A stretch of 64,000 nucleotides of DNA, from the NCBI GenBank assembly GCA_963768055.1, contig CAVYGN010000002.1, positions 608,001-672,000 of the forward strand, written 5' to 3'. Source of the stretch: an uncultured Spirochaetota bacterium (GTDB taxonomy: Bacteria; Spirochaetota; Brevinematia; Brevinematales; JAOACQ01). The position numbers and the translations under genes were made by a program. Positions 10,091-19,832 of this stretch are shown one piece after another. The stretch's first letter is position 1. Each line of letters begins with the position of its first letter. The notes under the pieces were generated by a model. The model was not told where the DNA came from. It saw only the letters and a list, made by a program, of their open reading frames with translations, and did not search any database.

Positions 10091-11353
10091 ATGAATAAAT
10101 ACGTTATCAATGGCAAATGCAAACTGTCCGGTGAAGTTTTCATAAGCGGCTCCAAAAACGCGTCGCTTCCTATAATGGCAGCCTCCCTTCTGACTTCTGA
10201 AATGATAACCCTGCAAAACGTACCTGATTTGATGGATATAGCTACAATGAAGGAACTTCTGACACTCCTCGGAAAGAAAATCAGCTACGGTGACGGTTCA
10301 ATAATCATTGAAGAAACTGACCCTTCCCCTTTCGAAGCCCCATATGAGATCTTCAGGAAAATGAGAGCCTCAATTGCAGTTATGGGCCCTCTTCTTGCAA
10401 GAAAAAGAAAAGCAAAAATATCATTTCCCGGCGGGTGCGCTATTGGTCCAAGGCCTATAGACCTCCATATCCAGGGGATGAGATCGCTCGGCGCCGACCT
10501 TCGTATTGAGCATGGATACATCTGGGCACAATCCGACGAACTGATCGGTAAAAAAATAAATCTTTTAGGCAATAACGGACCCAGTGTCGGCGCAACCGAA
10601 AATGTAATGTCAGCCGCCGTTTTGGCTAAAGGTATGACTATAATAGAAGGGGCAGCTTGTGAACCCGAGGTGGAAGATCTCGCTGCTTTTTTAACTGCAA
10701 TGGGTGCAAAAATAAGCGGCGCCGGAACAACTACAATCGTAATCGAGGGTGTTCGTGAATTGCATGGTGCCCGGCACAGGATAATACCAGACCGCATAGA
10801 AGCCGGCACGTTTATCGCGGCCGCCGGTATTTCCGGCAGCGAAATACATTTAAGAAATGTGAATGCGGCTCACATAGAAAAACCTATCGAAATTTTATCT
10901 CTTGCCGGTGTAGAAATCGAGATTCTTTCCAATGATCATATTATCGCAAGAGGCAAATCAATAAAACCAGTGGAAGTGGACACAAGACCTTATCCTTTCT
11001 TCCCGACAGATCTCCAGGCACAATTGATGGCACTTCTCTGTGTGAGTGAAGGTATCAGTATAATAACTGAAAAAATATTTCCCGACAGGTTTATGCACGC
11101 CGCCGAATTAAGCCGTATGGGAGCCGATATTAAAGTTGACGGAGCAATCGCCGTAATCAAGGGAGTAAAGAGTCTTTCAGGTGCATCGGTTATGGCTTCC
11201 GATTTAAGGGCAGGAGCCGGACTTGTAGTTGGCGCTCTTTGCGCTAATGGGCAAAGCGAAATTTTAAGGATATATCATTTAGACAGGGGTTACGAAAGAT
11301 TAGAGGAAAAGCTGAGAAACCTGGGGGTCGATATTAAAAGGATACCGCAATAA
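10091..11353 (+). CDS. murA: UDP-N-acetylglucosamine 1-carboxyvinyltransferase
   Basis: SGSKNA, MRAS, PGGCAIGPRP (Cys115 equivalent), PDRIEAGT, FPTDLQAQ, DLRAG, HLDRGY. Confidence 0.98.
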   Translation: MNKYVINGKCKLSGEVFISGSKNASLPIMAASLLTSEMITLQNVPDLMDIATMKELLTLLGKKISYGDGSIIIEETDPSPFEAPYEIFRKMRASIAVMGPLLARKRKAKISFPGGCAIGPRPIDLHIQGMRSLGADLRIEHGYIWAQSDELIGKKINLLGNNGPSVGATENVMSAAVLAKGMTIIEGAACEPEVEDLAAFLTAMGAKISGAGTTTIVIEGVRELHGARHRIIPDRIEAGTFIAAAGISGSEIHLRNVNAAHIEKPIEILSLAGVEIEILSNDHIIARGKSIKPVEVDTRPYPFFPTDLQAQLMALLCVSEGISIITEKIFPDRFMHAAELSRMGADIKVDGAIAVIKGVKSLSGASVMASDLRAGAGLVVGALCANGQSEILRIYHLDRGYERLEEKLRNLGVDIKRIPQ

Positions 11354-11355
11354 GG

Positions 11356-11868
11356 TCAAGGAAGAATTTCGACCGGAGTTTTGACTTTAATAAACCCTTT
11401 AAGATCCCGTATATCATTATTATGCAGGCGAATGCATCCTTCAGAAGCCATCGTTCCGATGGAAGAATCATCATGCGTACCATGAATTCCATAACCGATC
11501 CATCCTTTACCGCTTTTTGTACTGTCCTTCCCGGTATATAACCTTAGAAACCATGGCCCATATGCACCCTTAATCGGACCTTTTCCATCACCGAAGTCAT
11601 GGGTCCAGGTTCTGGAATCCTGTATCTGAATTATATAAAAATTGCCTTCCGGGGTCCTTTTATCACCAGTCTTAACTTTATCCCCAGGATTTTTACCTAC
11701 CGCTACCTGATATTCCTTTATTAGATCAGCCCCTTTATAAAGATAAAGTTTGTACTCATGTTTTACAATGACTATCTTCAAAGCTCCTTCATTGTCAGGG
11801 AAAATAAAAGTAACCGGTAAAAGGATCAATAAAAAAATAAAAAAAATATTTAATTTTCCTTTCATCAT
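11356..11868 (-). CDS. L,D-transpeptidase (YkuD domain), exported
   Basis: Signal peptide; GDKRTPEG, YGIHGT...ASEGCIRL catalytic His/Cys motif. Confidence 0.92.
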   Translation of the reverse strand: MMKGKLNIFFIFLLILLPVTFIFPDNEGALKIVIVKHEYKLYLYKGADLIKEYQVAVGKNPGDKVKTGDKRTPEGNFYIIQIQDSRTWTHDFGDGKGPIKGAYGPWFLRLYTGKDSTKSGKGWIGYGIHGTHDDSSIGTMASEGCIRLHNNDIRDLKGFIKVKTPVEILP

Positions 11869-12019
11869 TTAACCTCTTCGGCTGGTATTTTAATGTATAA
11901 GGGATGGAAAATCAATTTCGGGAGCTTTTAATATGTGAAATCAGGGTAAGCTACATCTAATAATTCATATCGGAATTAATTAACATTTTATTACAGTTTT
12001 CATGTTTGGGGGGCCGGTT

Positions 12020-13057
12020 ATGTCAGGTCAAAAGAAATCTATACTGCTGATTGATGACAAAAATGAATCATTTCAGTTCATAACAAAATCCCTTCAAGAA
12101 AATGGTTACGATGTAATAAAGACAGTAAGCGGAGAAAATACAAAAGAAATCCTCGGCGGGCCCGGGAAAATCAATTTAATATTATTAACTATAAATCAGG
12201 ATATAGGGCTTAAGTGGACCGAATCTGTCAGGGAAATACTTAGCGAGCATGATATTCCGGTTATTTTCTTATTGGACCGGTTTCAAGATAATATATTCGA
12301 AAGCACAGCCGGACTCTACTGTTATGGTTATGTAATGAAAGAGAATGCCGACGCCGTTTTGCTTTCAACTATTAATGCGGCCCTGAATTTCAGTGAAATA
12401 CGATTGAATAAATACCTTTCAAATGAAATAAACGCAAAAAAAGCACTGGAGGGGAAGGAAGTACTATTAAAGGAACTGCAGCATCGTGTTAAAAACAGTC
12501 TGTCTATAATCAACGCTATGATAGGTATGGAATTAAACAGTCAGACTTTCCCGTCCACACAAGTAATTCTCAAAGACCTTAGGAGCAGAATAAATTCACT
12601 GGCAAAATTATACGATCTGCTTTATCAGAGCCAGGAGATAGCACAAATCCAATTGAAAGAATATATTGAAAATTTATGCCGTTCCACAATTGATGTATAT
12701 ACTTCAGAAAGGGGGCTCATAGACCTTAATTTCGATCTGGATGAAATATCAATTGATATCAGTAAAGCAATACATTTGGGTTTAATATTAAATGAATTGC
12801 TTATTAATTCCCTGAAATTCGCTTTCACACAGGGCCAAAAGGGGAATATTAAAATCTTTCTTAAAAAAATCGATCCTATGATTACCTTGATAGTATCTGA
12901 CAACGGTAAAGGCCTGCCCGAGGGGATGACTAATTTAGAAAACCATCACGGGCTGGGCCTGGAGATAATCTCTCTTATAACATCACATCTGGGCGGTAAT
13001 ATAAAATATAATTACAGTAACGGATCTGAATTCCGGATTGAAATTCCCTCTATTTAG
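12020..13057 (+). CDS. HisKA_2-type soluble histidine kinase with N-terminal degenerate receiver domain
   Basis: ILLIDD receiver start; ELQHRVKN H-box; NELLINSLKFAF, VSDNGKG, GLGL ATPase boxes. Confidence 0.88.
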   Translation: MSGQKKSILLIDDKNESFQFITKSLQENGYDVIKTVSGENTKEILGGPGKINLILLTINQDIGLKWTESVREILSEHDIPVIFLLDRFQDNIFESTAGLYCYGYVMKENADAVLLSTINAALNFSEIRLNKYLSNEINAKKALEGKEVLLKELQHRVKNSLSIINAMIGMELNSQTFPSTQVILKDLRSRINSLAKLYDLLYQSQEIAQIQLKEYIENLCRSTIDVYTSERGLIDLNFDLDEISIDISKAIHLGLILNELLINSLKFAFTQGQKGNIKIFLKKIDPMITLIVSDNGKGLPEGMTNLENHHGLGLEIISLITSHLGGNIKYNYSNGSEFRIEIPSI

Positions 13058-13232
13058 CATGAGAGAACACATAGTAAAGACAAAACCCGCCGATTAAAAA
13101 AAATAATAAAAGTGTGATTGCAGGCGGTATTTCATCCCGGAATGGATTACCTAAAATTAGCTGGTGAATTACAAAAAAACCAACAATTGCAGAAAAAAGG
13201 ATTGAAATTATTTTCGGAGCACTTAATCTCAT
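13050..13232 (-). CDS. Small two-TM membrane protein
   Basis: 60 aa with two hydrophobic helices; starts 2 nt after the upstream TPR gene, AAGG RBS. Confidence 0.6.
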   Translation of the reverse strand: MRLSAPKIISILFSAIVGFFVIHQLILGNPFRDEIPPAITLLLFFLIGGFCLYYVFSHAK

Positions 13233-13234
13233 CC

Positions 13235-14599
13235 TTATATGCCTGCCTGCTTAAAAACAGCGGTCAGTTTCTGCCTGTCATATAGGTCTACAGGCCTGTT
13301 CTCCGAATATCTGATTGCCTGAGGAGTGAATTTACCTGTTGTAATAAAAATAGCCCTTATGCCATGGACAAGCTTGAGATTTTCGACAAGTTTTGCAACC
13401 TGATCCTCATTTACATCATCATTATCCCTGGAAATTCTTATAAGCACCTTTCCACCCCTGACGTCGCGAAATCTCATGCTTCTTTCCATTCCCACGATCT
13501 CGAGGTGATCATCATCAATCATAGAACTCTCCAGAGTTTCGTACCCCATTGATTTTAAAAGATTCTGACTGATGATCTCGAATGTGGTCGGGGTCGACGT
13601 CAGGAGATCTTTCAACTTATCATCAACCCTGAGGTCTTCATATTCGGCAAGTTTGGCCTGAACATCCTGATAATTAGGCCTGAGCTGGGCGACTTTTTCC
13701 CATTGTTCCACCGCTTCAACAAGACGGCGCTCTTTTTCATAAGTTATTCCCAGAGTATAATGTATGGCTATCGTTGTGTTGTTCTCCTCGTTGGAATATT
13801 TCAGGGCCCTTTCAAAATCTGCCTTTGCTCCCTCCAATTCACCTACCTCAAGCTTGCAGAGGCCTTTCTGATATATAGCCTTAACTTTAAGCTGATTGTC
13901 TTTCGTCTGTTCGGCTATGTCCAGTTCCTGAACCGCTTTTCCAAATGTATTCATGACTTTTAGAATTATTCCAATATAATAATGGGCTTCGGGGTTTTTA
14001 GGGTCAAGCCTTACACAGTTTGTAAAAGCATTCAGGGCCTCGTTAGTCCGGCTCATTTCATAATAGATTTTCCCGATCAGAAAAAAAACATCAGAAGAGC
14101 TCTTACCGGATTTTAATGCCTTGTCAAGATAGGAAAGGGCCTGCTCTTTCATTCCCCTGTCGTAAAATATATTTCCGATCTGGTAAAGATACTCAAAATT
14201 ATGGGGCTCAAGTTTTGAAAGAATTACAAATTCTTTTTGCGCTTCCTCAAGCTGGCCGAATTTCATATAAATATCGGCCAGACGTTTTCTTATTATCTTT
14301 TCTGTTGCCGATCCGTTGAAATGACCTGTTGTAATAACCTGTTTATATTCGACCATCGCCATTTCATTATTGTTAGTAAAATAATAGGCTTCAGCCAGAT
14401 AAAGGTGGGCAAGAGGGTTCCTGTCGTCCTTTTTCATCATCGTATTTAAATTGTTCACAGCCTGTTCATATTTCCCGGCCTCAAGAAGGGCTTTTACAGA
14501 ATCCAGCTTATGGGGACCTATCAAATTCTGGAATAAATAAAGAATCCCGAGGCTGGCTATAAGCAGAATCAGGGATATGATTATTAAACTTTCAAACAT
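13235..14599 (-). CDS. Membrane-anchored TPR protein with C-terminal Mrr/restriction-endonuclease-like domain
   Basis: N-terminal TM; ~8 TPRs; C-terminal PTTFEII..LLKSMGY...AIFITTGKFTPQAIRY..NRPVDLYDRQKL typical of the Mrr_cat fold. Confidence 0.8.
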   Translation of the reverse strand: MFESLIIISLILLIASLGILYLFQNLIGPHKLDSVKALLEAGKYEQAVNNLNTMMKKDDRNPLAHLYLAEAYYFTNNNEMAMVEYKQVITTGHFNGSATEKIIRKRLADIYMKFGQLEEAQKEFVILSKLEPHNFEYLYQIGNIFYDRGMKEQALSYLDKALKSGKSSSDVFFLIGKIYYEMSRTNEALNAFTNCVRLDPKNPEAHYYIGIILKVMNTFGKAVQELDIAEQTKDNQLKVKAIYQKGLCKLEVGELEGAKADFERALKYSNEENNTTIAIHYTLGITYEKERRLVEAVEQWEKVAQLRPNYQDVQAKLAEYEDLRVDDKLKDLLTSTPTTFEIISQNLLKSMGYETLESSMIDDDHLEIVGMERSMRFRDVRGGKVLIRISRDNDDVNEDQVAKLVENLKLVHGIRAIFITTGKFTPQAIRYSENRPVDLYDRQKLTAVFKQAGI

Positions 14600-14631
14600 G
14601 CTTTGCTTCCCCTTTTATCCGAGGATATATT

Positions 14632-16341
14632 TTATAATTGAGATAAATAATTATCAACAGTTGACATATTTTTGTAGTTTGGAAATTTTGCTTTAATTTC
14701 CTGTAAAACAGCTTTCGCATCATCAGATTTGTTCAGTTTGATATAGGATTCCGCAAGCTGCAGATCGGTATCGGGATCTTCTTTCAATTTTCTTCCCTTA
14801 TCAAAAGCAGAAGCAGCTTCATCATATAAACCGCTTTTCATATATGCAGCTCCCATGCCCTTGTATGCGATATCTGAATTTGAGTCAAGGTCCAGGGCCT
14901 TTTTGAAATATTTCAGAGCATTATCATAATTTTCCTCTTTCAGGTATATTGATCCGAGATATTTATATATTTCGGGATCATTCGGGTTCAGCTGGAGGGC
15001 TTTATTATAAGAATTTTCAGCCTCAGAATATTGTTTTAATTCAATATAACTGTTTCCCATGTTAATAAACGCATTCGTATATGAAATATCTTTATCAATA
15101 ACCTCTGAGTAAACTTTTATTGCGTTTCCATAATCCTTATTCATAGCAAGCATTCTCCCGTAATTATAGGAGGAATCGATATTATCCTTATTGATATCGT
15201 TTGCTTTTTTATAAACCTTCATGGCGTCCCCGAACCTTCCAAGTTCTTCGTAAGATTTGCCCAACTTGACATACGCTCCATCGTTTTTCGGATCTATTTC
15301 TACGCTTTTTTCAAGAAATCTTACAGATTTTTCATAGTCTTTATGATTGGCGTAAATTTGCCCTATCATAATAAGCGGTTTAGGGTCTTCCGGGTTTTTC
15401 TTGACCGCATCCTGAAATGTCCTCAATGCGCTGTTGTCATCCCCAAGTCTGATAAAAGCAATACCCAGGTCATTATAAGCTTTCGTATAATCCGCGTCAA
15501 GAGCGATGCATTTCTGGAACTCGATCTCTGCCAGGCTATTCATCATTTTCATCAAATATATTTTACCCATAAGGAAATGAGCTTCAGCATTATCGTAATT
15601 ATCGGCAATCGCGGCCTTGAATTGTTCGAGAGAATCATCATATGATTGTTTATCATAAAGGATCTTACCGTTAGTATTATGGGCTACGCCATTATTGGGG
15701 TCTTTATTTAAAGCATCCCTTGTTTTATTTATCGCATTCTGAATGTTGTTCATTTTGTAGTAAGTAAGCCCCTGGTATGCGTCAGCGTCAGCGTTTGACG
15801 GATCAATATTTCCGGCGGTCACGAACTCCTTAAGGGCTTCATTATAATTTCCTGCGTTCAGGTATTTCTTTCCGTTCTCAATATGCTGTTTGGCCAGGTC
15901 TTCCTTAGGAAAATTATTTTTTATTTGATTGGTTAAAATCGGCTTTTCCTTACCTATTGATGAATTTTGTGATGAATTTTGATCGGGAATTTTATTAATA
16001 TAATTATTCACAATATTCGGTTTTTCCTTATTTTCACTGTTCTTCTGGAGGACAAGGACCTTTTTCCTCATCTGTTCTATCCGTGGATCGGAGGGATCTT
16101 CCATATACGCTTTGTCAAGATTATCCAGCGCCCTCTGGTACGATTCGTCATTCATATATTTATCCGCTAGAGTGATATACTTTTCCAGATTGATCTTCTT
16201 CATCATATAATATCCGGCAGGGATAGCAATAAGGGCAAAACCTATTAAACAGGCCCAGATCAGAACTTTATAATTACGCACCTTTTTTTTAGCCGGTGTT
16301 CCTACGGCTCTTCTCATTTTCTGGTTTTTAGTATCCGGCAT
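14632..16341 (-). CDS. Membrane-anchored multi-TPR protein
   Basis: Basic N-terminus, single TM, low-complexity linker, about 12 TPR repeats. Confidence 0.9.
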   Translation of the reverse strand: MPDTKNQKMRRAVGTPAKKKVRNYKVLIWACLIGFALIAIPAGYYMMKKINLEKYITLADKYMNDESYQRALDNLDKAYMEDPSDPRIEQMRKKVLVLQKNSENKEKPNIVNNYINKIPDQNSSQNSSIGKEKPILTNQIKNNFPKEDLAKQHIENGKKYLNAGNYNEALKEFVTAGNIDPSNADADAYQGLTYYKMNNIQNAINKTRDALNKDPNNGVAHNTNGKILYDKQSYDDSLEQFKAAIADNYDNAEAHFLMGKIYLMKMMNSLAEIEFQKCIALDADYTKAYNDLGIAFIRLGDDNSALRTFQDAVKKNPEDPKPLIMIGQIYANHKDYEKSVRFLEKSVEIDPKNDGAYVKLGKSYEELGRFGDAMKVYKKANDINKDNIDSSYNYGRMLAMNKDYGNAIKVYSEVIDKDISYTNAFINMGNSYIELKQYSEAENSYNKALQLNPNDPEIYKYLGSIYLKEENYDNALKYFKKALDLDSNSDIAYKGMGAAYMKSGLYDEAASAFDKGRKLKEDPDTDLQLAESYIKLNKSDDAKAVLQEIKAKFPNYKNMSTVDNYLSQL

Positions 16342-16356
16342 ATAAAACTCCTAATA

Positions 16357-17076
16357 TTATTCAATTTCCTCAACCTGGGTATCCGGCGTTTTACCCTTAT
16401 CAACAGGTTTTATCTGATCGAGTACACCTTCAATATCGATCAGAGGTTCGATGCCAGGGGTTTTGTTCGTTCCTGAATTCGTGTTTTCCGAGGGAAATAA
16501 TTTATTCTTTTCAAAATCGAAAGAACCGGATTTTAGAATGGCCAGCGCCCTGCGAATATTGTCACTTTGAGGGCCCTGGGGAGCCCTGTCAAGATAATCT
16601 TCCCATTCTTTTATAGTATCAGGTTTATCTTTAAGCCTATAATAGGCCATCCCTTTAAACCAGAAAGCCTGTACAAGGTTTGTATTCATCTGGTACGACC
16701 TTGATAGATAATCTATAGACGATTTATAATCCTTTTTTAAAAAATAAACATAACCAATATTATGCGTAATAACTGACTGAAACTCCTGATCGCTTGTCAA
16801 TTTATAGGACTCATTATACTGTTCAATAGCACCGTCATAATCTTCGGCATTGGCATAAGAATTTCCAAGCAGAAAATAAACCTTCGGATCCTTAAAACCA
16901 TCCTCGATAGCCTTTTTAAAGCTTCCGATTGCTAAAAGGAATTTCTTATCCGAATAATATTGCGTCCCTTTTATATAATTATCGTTTGCTTGACTGTATA
17001 TTATTGTAAAGGCAGCCGTTAAAAACAATACGGCTAAAAATGAATTTTTCGATATCAATTTAAATTGATACTTCAA
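16357..17076 (-). CDS. Exported TPR protein
   Basis: Signal peptide, 4 TPRs, TTG start with GGAG RBS. Confidence 0.85.
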   Translation of the reverse strand: MKYQFKLISKNSFLAVLFLTAAFTIIYSQANDNYIKGTQYYSDKKFLLAIGSFKKAIEDGFKDPKVYFLLGNSYANAEDYDGAIEQYNESYKLTSDQEFQSVITHNIGYVYFLKKDYKSSIDYLSRSYQMNTNLVQAFWFKGMAYYRLKDKPDTIKEWEDYLDRAPQGPQSDNIRRALAILKSGSFDFEKNKLFPSENTNSGTNKTPGIEPLIDIEGVLDQIKPVDKGKTPDTQVEEIE

Positions 17077-17176
17077 AAATTATCTCCAGTTTAATGATTT
17101 CAAACTATCCTACCTAAAATCTAACCATAATTCCTTTTATATCATAATAATTTTTTATAAAACAATTTTGGGTTTC

Positions 17177-18727
17177 TCAGTCATTGCCAAGCTTTTTTTC
17201 TATATCCTTGATTTTCAATTCGATCTCATTCATTTTTTCCACCGGCATAGTTTCGAAATCGAGATTCAAATTCAGCAATTCTTCTATTACAGCAATTTTT
17301 TTATCTATCCGGGTTATTGTCTCATTTACATCTCCGATTTTCTTAGCCTTGTCTTTCCTGTTTTCAACCTTTTCAGTATGCTGTTTATAAGCTCCGGAAA
17401 TTTCCTTGAATTCATTCTGCTGTTTCCTGATTAAATCCTCATAAAAAGACTTTAGTTTTGCAATTTTATCATTATACTGCTGTTCAAGCCTGCCGGCATC
17501 AGTTTTTAAACGGTTTAACTCTTCTGTATCGACAGTATTCGTTTTAACTGTATTTATATTATTTGTGATATTATATATATTGTTATTTATTTGCGGAATC
17601 ACTATCTCATTCGAATTTTGAAACGGATCCCCATAGGGATAAGCCGATTCAGGGGCTGATTTTTCCAGTCCTTTTTCCAGTCCCGATTTTTCCTGAATAC
17701 CGTTTACAGGCACTAACCCGTTAGAGACCAGGATATTTAATTTATCTATTACCGCATTTAGTTTTTCAAGTAAGTCAATTTCGTTCTTAAGAGAAACATT
17801 TTCCGGCGATGCGGGAATCACCGGGTATAAAGAAGCTGTATTTGAATTTGAAGCAAAAACGTTTTTAATTTCCATACTTACCTGATTTGAATTAAGAAAA
17901 ATAGGTGAAACTTTGTTCACTGATAAAACTGTCCCGAAAACAGATCCTTCTCCCTCATCTATTCTGATATTATTAAAATATACGGCAACAGCGGCGTCAG
18001 GATTTGAGTATACATAGTATTTAAAATGAGCCTGAGGGTCTATTTGATACCACAAATCATTCTCATTTAGTTTTTTCCAGTTCCCTATGATAAGTTTTTC
18101 GGGTTTTTGTTCATTGAGGTATGGATATATAAACAGACCGATCCCGAAAAAAGGCAGGTCCTGATCATAATATCCTGAAAATACGAAATCCGGCAAATTC
18201 TCACTATTAAACAGCCTGTCATACTCAATCTTTTCCTTATCTGAGAGATATAATGCCGGCTTTTTATTATTCTCCCCATAAACTGTGTCAAAGAGAAACT
18301 TCGCTCCGACATTTGCCCTGGACTTTCCCTCATTCGTCGCTTTAACAAGGCAGATAACCGAATTATTGCTTTGACTTTCCAGATTGGTAATAAGGTAAAT
18401 AATCGAGAATGCGATCGAATTTATCTTTAAATTATAAGAAATGGCATAATCGCCTATCCTTTCAGGTTTCAAAAAGGATAATTTGCCGATATCGCTCATA
18501 TGATAAGGTTTTCCATTAACTATCAGTGTAATATAGGATGTCGGGGGATGGTCTTTGAATAAAAGTTCTCTTAATTCTTCTGACGGAGGAGTGGGGTTTT
18601 CCGAATAAAAACATCCGGAATCATCATCAAGAAAAAAAGAAATAAGTTTGCCCGACAGGCTCTGAATTGTACAAAAAGAAATATTTATTGAAAACACAAG
18701 AATAAATAATCCGGTAAGAAATTTCAT
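17177..18727 (-). CDS. Exported hypothetical protein (beta-rich N-terminal domain, C-terminal coiled coil)
   Basis: Signal peptide; beta-rich region (TSYITL, FLFDTVYGE, IGNWKKL, DAAVAVYF); heptad-rich C-terminus. Confidence 0.8.
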   Translation of the reverse strand: MKFLTGLFILVFSINISFCTIQSLSGKLISFFLDDDSGCFYSENPTPPSEELRELLFKDHPPTSYITLIVNGKPYHMSDIGKLSFLKPERIGDYAISYNLKINSIAFSIIYLITNLESQSNNSVICLVKATNEGKSRANVGAKFLFDTVYGENNKKPALYLSDKEKIEYDRLFNSENLPDFVFSGYYDQDLPFFGIGLFIYPYLNEQKPEKLIIGNWKKLNENDLWYQIDPQAHFKYYVYSNPDAAVAVYFNNIRIDEGEGSVFGTVLSVNKVSPIFLNSNQVSMEIKNVFASNSNTASLYPVIPASPENVSLKNEIDLLEKLNAVIDKLNILVSNGLVPVNGIQEKSGLEKGLEKSAPESAYPYGDPFQNSNEIVIPQINNNIYNITNNINTVKTNTVDTEELNRLKTDAGRLEQQYNDKIAKLKSFYEDLIRKQQNEFKEISGAYKQHTEKVENRKDKAKKIGDVNETITRIDKKIAVIEELLNLNLDFETMPVEKMNEIELKIKDIEKKLGND

Positions 18728-18736
18728 CCGATTCCC

Positions 18737-19666
18737 CTAGCGGTTAGTTCCGTTTGTGCCGATGACCTGGCTTGAATTACTTATGTAATTAGTTTCATAA
18801 AGGATATACTCTTTTTCATCAATAGCCTTTTCTTTTAAATCCAGGAGCTTTGCTTTTAAATCGATTAATTCCATATATCTCTGGATCTCTTCCTTTTTCT
18901 TTTTATTCTCATCGGATAAACGTTTGATTATTTCCGCGTTCGTATCAGAGGTCAAGATATTACTGTTTATGACATTATTGGTTAAAATATTAGTGATAAA
19001 GTTCGTGAATGGGCCGTTTTCAGTATTCGAATAGATAATAACATTTGTCAGATCTACAATATTGGTTAATTTCTCCTGACCGTGCTTCACTTCGGAAACC
19101 GGAGGTCTGGTTAACAACCGGCTGTATTTCATCAATTCATTTTTCGCATCGGCATAATATGGACTCAAGGGATAATTCGATACAAGACATTCAAAAAATA
19201 CCGAGGCTTCAGGAAGCCGTTTTAAAAATCCGTAAGATTTTCCCGCATAATACAGAGCGGCATGACGCGCAGGGGAGTTTTTATATTGAATAGAAAATAT
19301 TTTAAAACTTTCAGCCGCCTTGTCCCAGAGTTTCTGCTTATAATAAATTTCCCCTTTCCCGAACAGGGCAGTCTTCCTGTCATTTTCATTCCTGGCATTA
19401 TTTTCCAGTATCGTATAACAGGCAATAGAGTTATCATAATCTTTCAGGATAAAGTATATCCTGGCTTTATCGATTACGGCGTTATTATAATAAACTGAAT
19501 CCGGAAATTTCCCGGTAAAACTATTGAATTCCTCTATGGCAGCGGAATATTTTTTTTGGGTGAGTAACTTTTCGGCAAGGTTGAAACTGGCTTCATCAAG
19601 ATCAAACCCCGCCGCTCTGTATGTAAAAAAAAAGATAAAAATAGAAATGATATATATACAGCGCAC
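18737..19666 (-). CDS. Exported BamD/CpoB-like TPR protein with TN-rich linker
   Basis: Signal peptide; TPRs of the 'FPDS.Y...A' / 'YPLSPY' type; C-terminal TN-rich segment and coiled coil. Confidence 0.8.
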   Translation of the reverse strand: MRCIYIISIFIFFFTYRAAGFDLDEASFNLAEKLLTQKKYSAAIEEFNSFTGKFPDSVYYNNAVIDKARIYFILKDYDNSIACYTILENNARNENDRKTALFGKGEIYYKQKLWDKAAESFKIFSIQYKNSPARHAALYYAGKSYGFLKRLPEASVFFECLVSNYPLSPYYADAKNELMKYSRLLTRPPVSEVKHGQEKLTNIVDLTNVIIYSNTENGPFTNFITNILTNNVINSNILTSDTNAEIIKRLSDENKKKKEEIQRYMELIDLKAKLLDLKEKAIDEKEYILYETNYISNSSQVIGTNGTNR

Positions 19667-19832
19667 TTTTTTACTCCAATTTAATACTTCTTTCTTTATT
19701 ATATATTATCTACATTTTTATGAAAAATATTAATTTATATGATATCAAGACCTTCGACTACAAACTGCCGAAAGTGGAAAATAATTTTAAATTAATTTAT
19801 TATGTTTATTAATTATACTTTTGAGGAAGACA

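Noticed and set aside
13235..14599. Mrr-like domain as an anti-phage restriction system
   Set aside because: Catalytic residues appear absent, the protein is TM/TPR-anchored in an envelope operon, and there are no methylase or defence neighbours
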